DNA of 64,000 bases, from assembly GCF_006345805.1 (NCBI RefSeq), contig NC_043000.1, forward strand, positions 81,530,001 to 81,594,000, written 5' to 3'. Shown here in pieces: positions 27,020-41,984 of the stretch. The notes below the pieces were generated by a model, which was not told the origin of the DNA, searched no databases, and worked only from the letters and a program-made list of their open reading frames with translations. Source of the stretch: Octopus sinensis (lineage: Eukaryota). Made by a program: the position numbers and the translations under genes. Within the stretch, counting starts at the first letter, position 1. Each line of letters starts with the position of its first letter.

Positions 27020-29671
27020 AGGATGGATGGACGGACACAACAGGCTTCTTTCAGTTTCCATCTACCAAATCCATTTACAAGGCTTTGATTGACCTGAGAC
27101 TATAGTAGATGACACTTGCCCAAGGTGCCATGCAGTGGAACTGAACTTGGAACCATGTGGCTGAGAAGCAAGATTCTTACCACACATCTATGCTATCATC
27201 TACCACCCTTCACCAACAGAAAACAAAAATAATAGTGTATTACAAACAATGTATTACATACTTCTGAGATTGATGAAATAAAGTTCTAGACATATAGCAT
27301 AGGTCATTGTAATCAACTATATCCCCCCCACACTGCTCACCAAATTTGAGGCTTCATACTTATGGAAGAAATCACGGACCTGTCATAAGCCCTAATCTGT
27401 TCACAACAAACTAACCCACTGTAGCCTAATCCTTCAGTAATAAGCATCTTATTTCACAGCATTATAAGCTACACCAGAGACAGAGCCAAGTATTCAACAC
27501 CCTATGACAGCTTTACAATGTGCATCTGTCCTGTCCTGGTTATGACTATACAGCAAGGACCAGTAGTTTTTTAATAAAACTGGACCTGCAGCCTTATGAG
27601 TGTGAGCCCAACACTAACCACTTGGTTACACACCTTCACTGTTTCATGTACTGCAATATATAAAGTGCTGCAATGATTTCTTCTTGTAAATGCATAACAG
27701 ACCAGTGAGATAGTGTTATATTTTTATGTTCAGTGTGACAGTTTGGGTCATGAAGTTTACAACTTTCATGTTAGCATTGAAATCTGTATATGACATAGGT
27801 TTTCTAAAGTATAATATATTCAGTGGCTTGCAAGTTTGAGGTCTTATATTAAAAACATCTTGGTGTTTTTATTATATATTCTAACTAGGATTAGAATATT
27901 TTTACTATGTATTCTAACTATGGTTAGAGTATTTTTACTATATATTCTTTAGTTAGAATGCGATTCATCTTTTGTACTGTTCTTAGGCAAACAGTATATA
28001 CATCTTACAATCAAGCAACATAAGATGCCTTAAAATGCTTGGCCAAGGTCTCCTTTCACTATCTGGTTGACAGTGTTTGTGCTCAGAGAGACAGAGCAGC
28101 TGTGGGTTCTCTACTCAGGCCAACATTTGCGGCAGTCTTTATGGTAAACATTGAAACCAATCATCATCATCATTGTTCAACATCCACTCTCTATGCTGGC
28201 ATGGGTTGAATGGTTTGATATGGAGCTGGCTAGCAGGGAGCTGTCCAGACCCTAACTGCTTTCTACAGCTTGGTGCCCTTCCTAACAGCAACCACTTTAC
28301 AGAGTGTATTGGCTCCTTTTCACATGCCACCTGCATGAGTGCATTTAAGCAGCACTGGTACAGGTGCATTAATACAGCACCAGCATGGCTGCTTTTTAAG
28401 TGGCACCAGCACCTGAAAGGACAAGCCCGTATGTGTGGAAGACAGCAATTTTATTTAACTTGACATGTGTTATCAAGTACAGCAAATCACCGCCAGGCAC
28501 ATTCATAACATTTTTATTGTGATAGATATGGAAAAACCAGTAGATATCCTTTAAAAAATTTCGAACTTAATTCCATCCTTGATTTTACAATCTGACATTC
28601 ATCTGAAGGTGGCACGCTGACAGTATTTCGTCTGTCTTTACATTCTGAGTTCAAATTCCACCAAGGTCGACTTTGCCTTTCATCTTTACAGGGTTGATAA
28701 ATTAAGTACCACTTGCATACTGGGGTCGATCTAATTGACTGGCCCCCTCCCCCAAAATTTTGGGCCTTGTACCTAGAGTAGAAAAGAATAGAAAAGAATC
28801 TGACATTCATCTATCATGAATTCAAACCACAACACCATTCCATCTTTAGGTATAAATGTGGAATTAAAGAACAATGCATACAGAATCCCAGCATGTGAGG
28901 AAAAAAATCAACAATTGCAGTTTTTTTAATACATGTAAAGTGATGATGAGTATTCCATATATGCTTGCATTCATGTATACTATACATACATGCATGCATG
29001 GTTGCGTGATTAAGAAATTCATTTCATAACCAAATGGTTTTAGGTTCAGTCCAACAGCATGACACCATGGGCAAGTGTCTTTTACTGTGGCCCAGGCTGA
29101 TGAAAGCCTTGTGAGTGAATTTGATAGATGGAAACTGAAAGACCCTTGCAATCTGTCTCTTTGTCTATTCATGTATTTTTGTGTATGTTCATGTGTCCTT
29201 GTTTTGACCAGGGGAAATATTACCTCACTCAGAAACGGGTGATGGTTAATGACCAGAAGGGTTTATGGCTGTATAAAACCTGCTCCAACAAATTTCATCT
29301 CACCTATGCAAGCATAGAAAAGTGAACGTTAACATAATGATAATTTGATGATGATGATGATATATATGATATATACAGTGGGCTTCCACACAGTTTTCAT
29401 CTACCAAATTGCACACATTAAGTATTGGTTAACTTGAGGATATGGTAGAAGATACTTAGTGTAAGGTCCAATGCAGTAGAATTGAGCCTGGAATCATGTG
29501 GTCATAAATCAAACTTCATTACCACACAGCCATACCCAAAACCAGTATTCTGACTCTATAGTTAACAACCATCCCCACTGTTTTCTCTATAATGTAACAA
29601 ATTATTTTAAAATATTATATTAACTACTTTTTAAAGAACATACTAAATAATAAGTATCTGTTTGCTTGTAG

Positions 29672-29817
29672 GTCCCGGGAACGAACAGCTGAGGACTTGG
29701 AAATTATCTACGAGGAATTACTTCATATAAAAGCACTGTCTCACCTCTCCACAATGGTCAAACGTGAACTGGCTAGTGTTTTAGTGTTTGAATCTCACAG
29801 CAAGAAGGGGACTGTTT
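29672..29817 (+). CDS. RAPGEF4: Epac exon: start of CNB-B domain
   Basis: ttgtAG|G completes the Pro codon; [48 protein letters not shown]; donor T|GTAAGT. Phases match both neighbours. Confidence 0.96.
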
Positions 29818-30604
29818 GTAAGTACTTTTAGTTAAATATTTTTTATATTGCTTATTACTTCTTTGTACTATATCAATTGTTCCTTTGCACAGATATGAAC
29901 ATTCTCACAACTCTTCAATTAGTTATTATTTCTCCTGATCAACATCTTTATCATCATTGTCATCACAGTCATCATCGTCATCATCATCATTCTTTCCCTT
30001 TCCAGGCAGGTGTAGGCTATGCCTGCATTACATCTTGCTTGTTCTATTTGTCTGGCAACTTATCTGCTACACTTTAATATCTGTAACTTCTATACTCAAA
30101 TCAGAGATCAATTACAGACTCTCTGAAACCTCCCTATGGAGGATTGGTTTATGTTTGACAATAAAGGTGGGAGAAGACAAACAGGTCAGGCATTGAAAGG
30201 ACCAGTAGTTTGATAGTGGGACCACTTCCTGGAACCCATCCAGCATAGAATCACAGTGTACCTCATTTTGGTCTGGAATCATTGAGAAGTTAGTAGCATG
30301 TTACAGATAGATAGAAACATGATACTTAGAACATTCAACTTATTGATTTCAAAGAGTAATCTCAAGTTTTTTTACAAATATGGCAGACATGATTCTCAAG
30401 GCATTGCTCTATTTTATAAAAGCAATCAGATTTGTTATATAAAAGCATGGTAATTTTTATCCTGTCTGTCCTCCATATAATTCTAAAAGAAATGTTTCAG
30501 TATTGAATGCTTCTTAAAAAGATTAGTTATAATAAAATGTTTTCTGAATATTAGATGTGTGCATATGCAAAAAAAAAAACATCAGTGTATGTGTATATAT
30601 ATAT

Positions 30605-31258
30605 ATAGCACTCTGCTGTATGGAAGTGAGACTTGGATGTCATACACATGCCAAGAGCGTCGCCTAAACATCATTCACCTGCGCTGCCTCCGGAAAATCC
30701 TTGGCATCAAATGGCAGAATCATGTCCCCAACAAAGATGTCTTCAAGCAAGCTGGAATAATAAGCATGTTTGCACTCTTCACACAAAGACGTATGAGATG
30801 GCTTGGACATGTTGGCCATATGGAAGATAGCAGAATCCCCAAGGACATATTCTACGGAGAGCTTGCTAGGGGCACTAGGTCTGTGGGAAGACAGTTCTTA
30901 CGATACAAGAATGTTTGCAAAAGGGACATGAAGGCCTGCAACATCAATATTAGCAACTGGAAAGCAGTTGCCAGCAACCGTGGAGATTGGCAACGTACCG
31001 TAAAAGACGGAACACAAAGGAGTGACGGAGGGAGAGAGGAGAAATGGAAAGACAAGAAAAGACGTCAACAAGAAACTATGACATTAAAACCAGCCAGACA
31101 AGGTCTTCGCTACATTTGCGGCACCTGCCAGAGGGAGAGTTTGTCCAGGATAGGACCACACAGCCACAGCAGGAGATGTATTAGGACATGAAATGTAAAA
31201 GCTGGACTAGATTATTTTATGCACAACTCCATTGTCTCCCGAGACAAAAAAAGGATGC

Positions 31259-31260
<2 letters not shown>
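30605..31260 (+). mobile_element. RTE-clade LINE 3' end
   Basis: STLLYGSETW, HLRCLRKILGIKWQ, RMRWLGHV, RIPKDIFYGEL, RYKNVCKRDMK and a C-terminal CxxC...HSHSRRC; 5' truncated, between (TA)n tracts. Confidence 0.92.
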
Positions 31261-31289
<29 letters not shown>

Positions 31290-31481
31290 GGGTAAGACCT
31301 AGTTCACTTATATTTTTAGGTACATGCAAGGCTGTATTGTTAAGAAGCTTGCTTTGCAACCACATGGTTTTGGGTTCAGTTCCACTGCTTGATGCCTTGG
31401 GCAAGTGTCTACTACTATATCAACCGATGCCTTGAGAGTAAATTTAGTTGATGGAAACTGTGGAAGGCTATCATATATATA

Positions 31482-32225
31482 CAGGGGTTGGACCAAACAA
31501 TGGAAATACCTTAAAATTTCAAACAAATTTATTTTAATAAAGGGTAGTACCACCTTTAGCAGTAATTACAGATTGAATTCTATGAGGTATGGACTTGCAC
31601 AAAGTTTGAATTGTTTCCAAAGGAATTTTTGTCCGTTCTTCATCTAAAACAGTCTCTAGTTCTTGTAGTGATGATGGTGGAGGATATCGACTCTTTATTT
31701 GTTTTTCTAAAATGCCCCATAAATGTTCAGTAATATTGAGATCTAGGGACTGTGGTGGCCAGATAATATGTTCAATTATACTAGAATATTCCTCATGCCA
31801 TTCAGTAACAACTTTAGCTGTGTAAATTGTGCATTATCATCCTGAAAGATTGCTTATCCCTCTGGAAACAGTTCCACAACCATAGGATGAATTTGATCAG
31901 ATAAAATGCTTAAATAGTCTTGACTATCAATTCTGCTCTGAAGGGAAATCATTGGGCCAGCAAATTTCCAACATATAGCCCCTAGATCATTACAGATACT
32001 CCTCCAAGTTTAACAGTTGGAAGAAGGCAGTCAGGGTCAAATGCTTCTTTTGGCTATATCCACACGTATACTCAGCCGGTGGTTGGAAATAAGGTAAAGG
32101 ATGACTCACCTGGGAAAATAACATTCTTCCACTGCTCTAGGGACCAACTCTGTAGGTTTTTACTCCACTCTAAATGCTTTGCAACGTTTATTTTTGAAAG
32201 TAGTGGTTTATTGATTGCAGCCCTC
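31482..32225 (-). mobile_element. Tc1-like DD34E transposase fragment with one TIR
   Basis: TA|CAGGGGTTGGAC end; minus strand WKNVIFPGESSF, FQDDNA, WPPQSLDLNITEHLWG. Confidence 0.85.
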
Positions 32226-32940
32226 CTGTGAAATCTGGCTTTGCACTCACAAAGTAGCTATCTCAGATTATGGTATTTCTTGCTTACTGAAATTGTATTG
32301 TATGACCATTCATTTTGGGATAAAGTCTATAATTTCACTCTTACAGAAACACGTATTGTGCAGCTTGAAATTGTTAACTAAACTTCTTAGCTCATTGGTG
32401 ACTTGTGTTTTAGTTAAGATCAAAGTGTATAATTAACAATTTGAAAACCTATCATCACGTTACTCACATACATGCACACACATAAACACATGTATATATA
32501 ATGTACATAATGTGAGTATATGTGTGTATCTATCTATGTATCCATCTATCTATCATCAACCGGAATGTGACCACTTGTAGCAACAGTAATATATGGCATG
32601 AAGTAGATAAGCAAAATAAGCAAATCCATTTCAAATAAAAACATATGATGTGGTATCCTGGTCTATATTTAAAGTCAAGGAAATGTCTTTTGATCTTAAG
32701 TCTATGAAGATTGACTTCAGACTAAACAGCCACAAAAATACAGTTAGCAAAAACAATACAACCACTACACCACCAACAATACCTGTCCACCACCACAAAC
32801 ATTTAAACTAATGCAACCTACATCAACCACTATCAACCCACCAACTTTTGAATCCAACTGACTACAACAGATATCAGCATGTATACCAACACGTGTGTGT
32901 GACAGTGTGTGCATGATTGCATGAGTGAGTTTGTGTGTAT

Positions 32941-33032
<92 letters not shown>

Positions 33033-33242
33033 ATGTCTTAAGTCAGAAGTGCAAGAAGCAAATTGCCTATAAAATTTAGTGACCCTTCAGCTAACAGTGA
33101 TCATATAGTACTTTCTCTTCCTCAGTCCTTCATATTTTTACCTCATTTTCATTTTGCATCCATAGGAAAAAGACAATTTTATGCTCTCGCAAAGCAAACC
33201 TTCTCTGGATTAATTTCTTTTTTTACTTCATATTTTTTGTGA

Positions 33243-33564
33243 AATATCCAGTGTATTCCTTTAATGGTTCCTTTTTAGCACTACTGCCTTCAGATCTACT
33301 TGGTAGCTCTTTCCCAGGCATCTTAAATTAAAGGTAAATCCAACAGTAGTGGTGATTAATTCATCATCATCGTCATCATCGTTTAATGTCCGCAACCCAT
33401 GCTAGCATGGAAAGCGGACGTTAAATGATGATGACGATGATGATGAATTAATCACCACTACTGTTGGATTTACCTTTAATTTAAGATGCCTGGGAAAGAG
33501 CTACCAAGTAGATCTGAAGGCAGTAGTGCTAAAAAGGAACCATTAAAGGAATACACTGGATATT
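33243..33564. repeat. Near-perfect 322-bp palindrome
   Basis: Symmetric about 33403/33404 (ccatgct|agcatgg); mismatches only near the centre. Confidence 0.95.
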
Positions 33565-35140
33565 AAAATTTGATGTTTAAAAATGGCTTGATGTGGACAT
33601 AAAACTAAGTTTGTCAAAACATTAAACCTTGAAACATCTACAGAAGGAATACTCACTACATGAAAACAGAAAAAAAATTATGTCAAGTGCTCAAGAAGCT
33701 AATCCATTAACTGTCCAGACCTTATTTTTCCATAGATCTTATGTAATGCTTAAAATGAAACAACTCTTGAGAATATCGACCAAAGACCAGAATTGGCATG
33801 TGTGCTCATAAATACGATGATAATTCAAAAAAGAGCCACAAGTTTTATATGATGATTTGCCAATAAAGGAAGGTAAAACTTGAAATGAAAATCCCTTTTT
33901 TGCTAGCAAAGGCTAGTTTGAAAGGTTTAAGGAACACATGAATTTGCACAACATAAAAAAATGACTGGTGAAACTGCGAGCACTGATACAAAGGCTGCAA
34001 CCAATTATCCTGAGCAGTTGAAGGAAATGATTGCTGAAGGGGGCTACACACTAGAGCAAGTATACAATATTAATGAAACTGCACTTTTCTGGAAGCACTT
34101 GCCTGTAAGAATTTTTATATCTCAAGAACAAAAACCAATACCAGGATTTAAATCTTCCAAAAATTGACTGACACTTCTTTTGGTCGGAAGTGCTGTTGGT
34201 AATATAAAATTAAAGCCCCTACACATGTATCACACTGAAAAATCTAAGGGCTTTCAAGGCTTACACAAAGTTTAATCTAACTCTGGTTTGGCATTCAGAT
34301 AAGAAGGCACAGCCTTTTCATAGAGTGGTTTACAAACGTTTTTTGTCCTATGGTTAGAAAGGTACAGTGCCAGACATAAAATTTCTAACGAAGCATTGAT
34401 TTCTTTAGACAATGCACCAAGCCACTTAGTGAACTTAGATGACCATTCTGATATAGTGAGAATAGATTATATCCCCTAGAATACAACTTTGCTCCAGTCA
34501 ATAGATCAAGGTGTGATAGCTAACTTTAAGACATATCATATGAGAAGAACTTTCAAACAACTTATGAAAGCAATTGATAGGGAGGATAAACCTACAGTTA
34601 GAGATTTCTAGAAGAAATTCAAGATAATGAATGTAGTGAATTATATAGCTGAGTCATGGGATGAGGTGAGACCTTCAATATTGAATATTGCTCAGAAGAG
34701 TATATGGCCAGACTGTATCCATATATTACAAGTTTTCTTCGTGCAAAAAGTACACATTGATTTCAGAAAGATATTGTGACACTTACAAAGTATGTAGGAC
34801 TTGAAGAATCATAGAGAATGGTGTGAGTGACTTGCTAGTGTCCCTGAGAGAAAGTTTATCAAATGATAAGCTGATGCTGTTAGAAAAAGAGAAAGCTGAG
34901 AATACAGTTAAGACAATGGAAGTTCCACCCAAGCCACTTAAACTGATTACAAAAATTATTGCCAAAGAATTAGCACTTATAGAGAAAGGTCTGCAAGGTT
35001 TTACTGACAATGATCCTAATCGTAAATGTAGCAAAAATTACAAGAGGCTTTTACAACAAGCTCAGTTCCTATACTGAACTGAACTAAGAGATGATACATC
35101 AGAAACAACAAATGACTTTGGATAAGTTCTTCACCATTTA
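33486..35140 (+). mobile_element. Degraded pogo/Tigger transposase
   Basis: FERFKEHMNLHNIKMTGETASTD, YTLEQVYNINETALFWK, FLDNAPSH, SIDQGVIANFKTYH and C-terminal KQQMTLDKFF; many stops and frameshifts. Confidence 0.9.
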
Positions 35141-35677
35141 AGCTGATGTTCAGGATAATGAACTATAAGATAGTAAAATATTGTCTCTCATCCACCATGC
35201 TCATTCCACCACCACTTCTCAAGCAATAGTCAACTTCTTTTGTGTTAAGAAAGTACTCTTATGATATTAGGATTCTTATCAATTCCCTAACTTATTCCTT
35301 TTGGAATGTTTTTGTTTTCCTGTATTTATATTGTATTATGTATGGTTAGAAATAATTATTTTCAAGCATAAAGGGGAATGTGTTGCTTGTTCTCTGTTGT
35401 TTTCTTATCCTTTTTTTCCTGAAAATGTCCGTAGGAATGCAATCTCAGTTGCCAAAAAATATAAATCAATAGGAAAATTAATTTCACATTACAGAATTTT
35501 GCACTACGACCAGCTTTTCAGAAATGCATTACTTCCATAAAGCACAGAATGCCTGTATATGCATTTATGCATGCACACACACACATAGATATGTACATAC
35601 ATCACACACACACATACATATATACATACATCAAACATACATACATACATACATGCATACATACATACATACATACA

Positions 35678-35713
<36 letters not shown>

Positions 35714-36643
35714 TATACATACATACATACATACATGCATATACGTGCACATGTATGGCTTACATAAATACATGCCTACATGCTTACATACCCACTCATG
35801 CATATGTATTATTTATTTATATCAAAGTTTGGCATGTTTTATTTTAGCAGCAAACATCATTAGAGAAATGGTAAGATAGAGAATAAAATAAGCAGAAGAG
35901 AAAATAAAATGAATTCTGGTGTACTTTATTTTCTTTTCTTTTTTCTTTCTTTTTTTTTTTTTGACGGACTAAAATAAAAAAAAATAAAAATAATAAATAG
36001 AGAACTTCTCCAATTAGAAACCACAAGAATTGGAACATTAATATCTTTCATATCCATCTTTTTTTTGTCTGCCTAAAATGTGATTTTTTATATATATATC
36101 ATATTCTTTTCTTTTCTTATTTTTTCTTCTTCTTTCTCTGATAAATGGCTTGGTTAATTGAAATTCCTTAGCAACTTTGGAAACTTCAAAATGTCTGGGT
36201 AATAATTCCTTGATGTATTCTATAGATACAACAGTAACTGCAACGACCACATTTATCGATTGGTTCAGTATATTTTGGCATTCATTGTTGTTGCTGTTGT
36301 TGTTTAAACCCAGGTCAATTCTGAGATCAAGTAGACATGTGGTCAAAGGTGTTCCAGTTGTGGCCATCCCATTTCATATTTATTTCAGATTATATTATTT
36401 GACATAAGGCAGCAACCTGGCAGAATTATTAGTCCCCAGACAAAATGCTTAGCGGTATTTCACCCATCACTACATCCTTAGTTCAAATCCTACCAAGATT
36501 GACTCTGCCTTTCATCCTTTTGGGGTTGATAAATTAAGTACCAGTGAAACACTGGGATCGATGTAACCAACTAGTCCCCTCCCTGAAAATTTCAGGCCTT
36601 GTGCTTATAGTAGACAGGATTATATTATTTAATGTGTTCTTTC

Positions 36644-36676
<33 letters not shown>

Positions 36677-38086
36677 TGGTAGTGGTAGTAGTTCAGTCCC
36701 AATTAAATTCTGATTTTTGGAGATTTACTTGCTAGGCAGGTACATCTTAAGAACAAATGCAAAATCAACAAGTGTTCTGTCAGTCCAAATGATAATAATA
36801 ATGATTCTGCTATAGGCAGATGATCTGAAATTTTGTAGGATGGGGCTAGTTGATTACATCAACCCAAATGCACAGCTGGTACTTATTTCAGTAACCCTGA
36901 ATGAATAAATATATGGCAAAATCAGCCACAGCAGAATTTGAACTAAAAGTATAAAGATGGATGAAATACCTCTAGACATTTTGTCTGGCATGTTAACAAT
37001 TCCATCAGTTCACTGCCTTAATAATCCTTTCTACTATTGGCAGAAGGCCTGAAATTTTGTAAGAGCTGGGATAGTCAATTATATTGACTCTAGTGTTCAA
37101 CTGGTACTTACTTTATTGGCCCCAAGAGGAGAAAAGGCAAAATTGACTTAAGCAGAATTTGAACTCAGAACATTAAGACAGAAGAAATGCCACTAAGCAT
37201 TTTGTCCAGCACAGTAACAATTCTGCAAACTTGCCACTTTCATTGCATGTGGGTCTGTTAAATGAAAAAAAAAAAAAAAAACAAACACAAAACAACTAAG
37301 GATAACCTACCCACACACAGCTAAAGAGTTGCCACCTGGATTTGATCAAGATACCCAATAACCTAGACCACTTTTCATTTCCCTAAACTCGCTTCTGAAA
37401 TTACAAGTAAATCACATGTTGGGGTTGATAAGGAAGCACTTGTTCCTTACCTCAACACTCCCCCTCCCCCCACCTTAACACACTCACCTCCAGTATGTGA
37501 TGACCTTTTGGTAATTAACTATAACAGAACATATGTCTGTAAACTACTTTCCATAAGTTGTCTATTTTTTGTGTGGTCCACACAATTAAAGCTAATATTT
37601 TTGAAAATCTGCATTTCATCTTTTCCTAAATCTTCTGGCAGTTCCTTATCAGTTATCTAAAGGACAATGTCTGCTGTTTCTATTGCTGTTCATCGTCATC
37701 GTCGTCGTCATCATCATCATCATCATCATCATGAGGAGGAGGAGGAGGAGGAGGAAAAGGAGAGGAGGAGGAGGAAAAGGAGGAGGAAAAGGAGGAGGAG
37801 GAAAAAGAGGAGGATAGGAGCTAAAATTTGGGGCAAGAGTTATTCAATGAAATCAACCCAAGTACTAGACTAAGTTCATTTTATCAATCTTGTAAGGATG
37901 AAAGGGAGTCTGACCTCAGCTGGATTTGAACTCAGGATATGAAAAGTTGTAACTAAATATCACAAGGTATTTTGATACACTACTGATTCTGCTAGTAATA
38001 ATAACAATAACGACAGCAGCAATAATAATATGCATTCTTATTTAAATAGTTTCTTTTGTTACTCAACATTATTCAGTTTTATCTTT

Positions 38087-38129
<43 letters not shown>

Positions 38130-38375
38130 TGTTTCCTGTGTGTGAGAGAGAGAGAGATGGTTTCCTAGACTCATCTTTCAATTCTCCAACTAATCTGGCT
38201 TACATCTAATATCCTCAAATATTTAGTAAACTAAATGCAGCAATAACAAAACAAATAGATAAGAAATGAAATATAAAAACTATTTTATCTTTTTCTACTT
38301 CCAAAGATTTCACTATTATCATCATCACCACTACCACCACCACATCATCATCATCCCCACCACCATCAACATCAC

Positions 38376-38413
<38 letters not shown>

Positions 38414-39845
38414 ATGCTATCATGATGATCAGCAACATCTTCACCGTCTTCATTATCTGTATATTGATGCAGTACAATACACTAAATTCGCTATCAGTCA
38501 TATGCATATGTGTGTAGGTGAATAAACAAAAAGAAGTAGCACTCAAGGCATTTAATTGTAGTTGTAAATAATTTAACAAAAAGTTGATTCAGCTCCACAT
38601 AACTTAGGTTTGTAGACACAGTTGTGCGTTTACATCTCTAAGTATGTGGTGAGTAAGGTGAATTTTATGTAGCTTCTAGGTGATAATATTTGGGCCTCCA
38701 CTGGTTGGTTCAAGTCATGTGACCACCTTGGTAAAGCAGCAATGCCAGCTAACTCTGCATATACTCCATGTGATAGAGAAGACAGTCTATTGGTGTCAGA
38801 TAGCTGGTGATCTTATGTTCTGTGACATCAATTACTTCCATGCCACATTTGCCAAGTAACTAGTTTGAAGATATCAGGTGAAATATAAATTTGTATGCCA
38901 AGCACAGTTGTGCAGTCTAATTATAGGTGATGGCAGGTTTTGTTAATAGTATCATCATCTTCACCATTTTAACATCCACATTTCCATGCTTGCATGGTTC
39001 AGATGGAGTTTATTTTCTACAGCCAGATGCCTTTCAGCTATTTCCAAGCAAACCTTCAACTCTCACAGACCTTCAGCTGTTTCCAAGCAAGGTAATATTT
39101 CCTCATGGCCAGACATATTGATACAAAATTCACTCACAAGGTTTTTGGTCAGTTTGAGGCTTCAGTAGAAGACACAAGCTGAAGGTGTCACACAGCAAAA
39201 CTGAACCCAAAACCATATTGTTGGGAAGCAAACTTCTTACCACACTGCCATGCCTGTGCCTATATGTAGAAGGGAAATAATTCCACTAAGTGCGAAACAG
39301 ATTGTATATTCTGCAACTGAGCATGGCCCAACTAGGTCTAGAGTGATCTTTCCAAGTTATAAGCAGCCAGCAGTTTGAAGTTCAATTAGGAGTGTCTTTG
39401 GCAACAGCCTACATCAGTTTTCTGTTGACAGAAACTGCTCCCTGTTGCAGTATATTCAGTTTCTCAGAGAAGTAGTGTTAGCATTTATAGACTCCAGGTG
39501 AATAAAAGGGGATCTGTGAGTGATGTTCCATATGATGATGGGGGAGTAATTACCTAGAATCTCCAGGTGAAATATGGAGGTTTCCCTTTTCCTATAACTG
39601 AAAAAATGCTTATGTTGCATAAATTTTCCTTCAACTCAATGGATGTTATGCCTCTGAATGGTGTGATAGTGGCTCTATAAACAACAGCATTTGAAAGGCA
39701 GTAGGTGGGATGTCAGCACTTTTAAGTTCAGATGTAAGATGGTGACTGCATGTACATGTCTATTTCTGTTGTAGCTTGAAATGATGGAAGAGATATTATC
39801 TAAGCATGAGCTGCTAGCCTTGATGTTATGGGCATTAAAAAGTTC

Positions 39846-39924
<79 letters not shown>

Positions 39925-39963
39925 TGCATGTGTGAGTGTATGTATGTGCGCTTGAGTGTGTGA

Positions 39964-39994
<31 letters not shown>

Positions 39995-40454
39995 CACATA
40001 CATGCATGCATGGGTAGTTACATAGTAAAATGTCATTGTCTGATTGTGAAACAATTCAGTGAATATGAGGAAGAGAGCCAAGAGTCTTGAAGAAAGCCAG
40101 GAAATAAATTTTCATAATTCTTTATTTTTGCTTCTCATTCTTCCACCTCATTCTTTTCTTCTTCTTCATATTGTCGGCGGTGGCAGCGTTGGCAGTGGCA
40201 GCGTTGGTGGTGACAGCATTGGCATTACTGTTGCTGCTGTTGTTGTTAAAAGTAGTTAGTTGAGAGCCAATAGAGTATAAAAAATAATGCTTTGCAGTAT
40301 TCATTCTGGCTCTCAGTACCCTTGAGTTCAAATTGCACCAAGGTTAACTTTGCTTTCATCCTCTCTGGGTTGATAAAATATAGTACCATTCCAGAAGTCA
40401 GGTCAAATCAATTTACTAATCCTCTCCATCAAATGTTTACCTGCTTTCATTTCT

Positions 40455-40740
40455 GTTACATACTGGCTCTTGAGGCACCACTACAGAAACTGCAGTTGAG
40501 AAGCATCCCTTTTGAATTAGGACCCAAGAGTACTATGTCAGCAAACATGGATGATGTCACCATCACAGCGTTAGATGCCACCAATATGGAGACAATTGGA
40601 AGTATTCTAAAGGAATACAAGGCAGTGGCAGCAGCCAAGATCAGCATGGACAAGTCAGTGGGCTTGTAGCTGGGCACATGGAGAGGCAACTCTATATAGT
40701 TGGGTGGCATTGTAAGATATTGGACTGAGAGACTGGTTAA
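40455..40740 (+). mobile_element. L1/Tx1-like RT fragment
   Basis: SANMDDVTI (YADD region) ... LKEYKAVAAAKISMDKSVGL*LGTWRG. Confidence 0.6.
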
Positions 40741-41984
40741 CTGCTCACTAATTGGGCAATGGAATCAGTGGTTGTTCAACTCGAGTAATCTATAGAGGAT
40801 TAGTCCTAAGCAAGAATGACAACATTCTCAGAGAGACATTTAATTGGATTGTCTGTTCAGAAGGATTTTTTACAATGAATAATTTCCAGAAGTCCTTGGC
40901 CTGACAGTTCTGGTGATGGGTGCTACCAGTTTGAAATAAACCCTACAGACATAGAAATGCTGTCACACTGGCTTGTCTGAGATGCACCACTTGTTCAGTG
41001 TCTGGGTAGTGCTGACTTGTGGAATTATGTTGAACAGCTGATGTCACATGTGAAATGAATAGAGCTCTTGCTAGTGATGGTTAATCCATTGCTCTCCTTT
41101 AACCAGACAGGAAAGGCAGTTTTCCATTGTCTGGTAGCTATAGCAAAAGCAGATTTGCAGTGGATGAGACTTTCCTCTTTGATAGAGCCCTCATTAGCTT
41201 TTTCAAGTTACACTTGGAATGGCGGGGTGAGTGTGTTGGAGGCGGTGCTGTCCTCAATTGAATGTAATGAAAGGAGTGGGGAAATGGTGAAAATGACAAG
41301 AGTGGATGGCACTCTCTATGTTTAGACCTGTAAGTCAGAGAGCAAAAATTAGAAAGGGAATTTGCTCTTGGTATTCAGGGGGATGTTGGATGTTGGGGTT
41401 CCTTGATTGGCCCTAGAGGACTTACTGTATCTGGAGGATCACATTTTTATCATCCATTTTTTTATTTTCTTCTATTGCTATACACTGTATATATATATCA
41501 TTTCAATTTTTTTTGTTTATATTATGTACCATGTATACTTACTCTTCGTGTTTGTTTTTTCATCATTCTATGTAAATCCCCACACTTTATGTGTCTTTGT
41601 ATTGTCCTCTTCATCCATTGTCTTAATGGTAAATTAAAAGAAATCATTCTTATTATATTGAGGGGCATGAGAGTGGCAAGCATGATCCAAGGGAGCAGGC
41701 CTCCTCTGAGAATGCACTCATAGGCTGAAAGGAGAAAACAGGGAGAAGGAACTAGCCTTGGTGATCAAAGTGATTGTGGTTTTGTGGGGATTTTTACATG
41801 TAACCTTCAAAAGTCTCCATCTTTTGAGGAATAATTCATTGTTAAAGCATATTGTTACTGTCACTTCTCTTTTAACAGGCTCCTTCTATAATCCCACCTT
41901 GTAACGTTATGGATTATCCTTAATGTTTTTGTGAAACTTTAGTACTTAGAAAAAGAATAGCTATTATTCCTGTTGCTGTCATCA

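Noticed and set aside
33486-35140. Domesticated TIGD/CENP-B-like gene
   Set aside because: Numerous stops and frameshifts; it is a transposon fossil.
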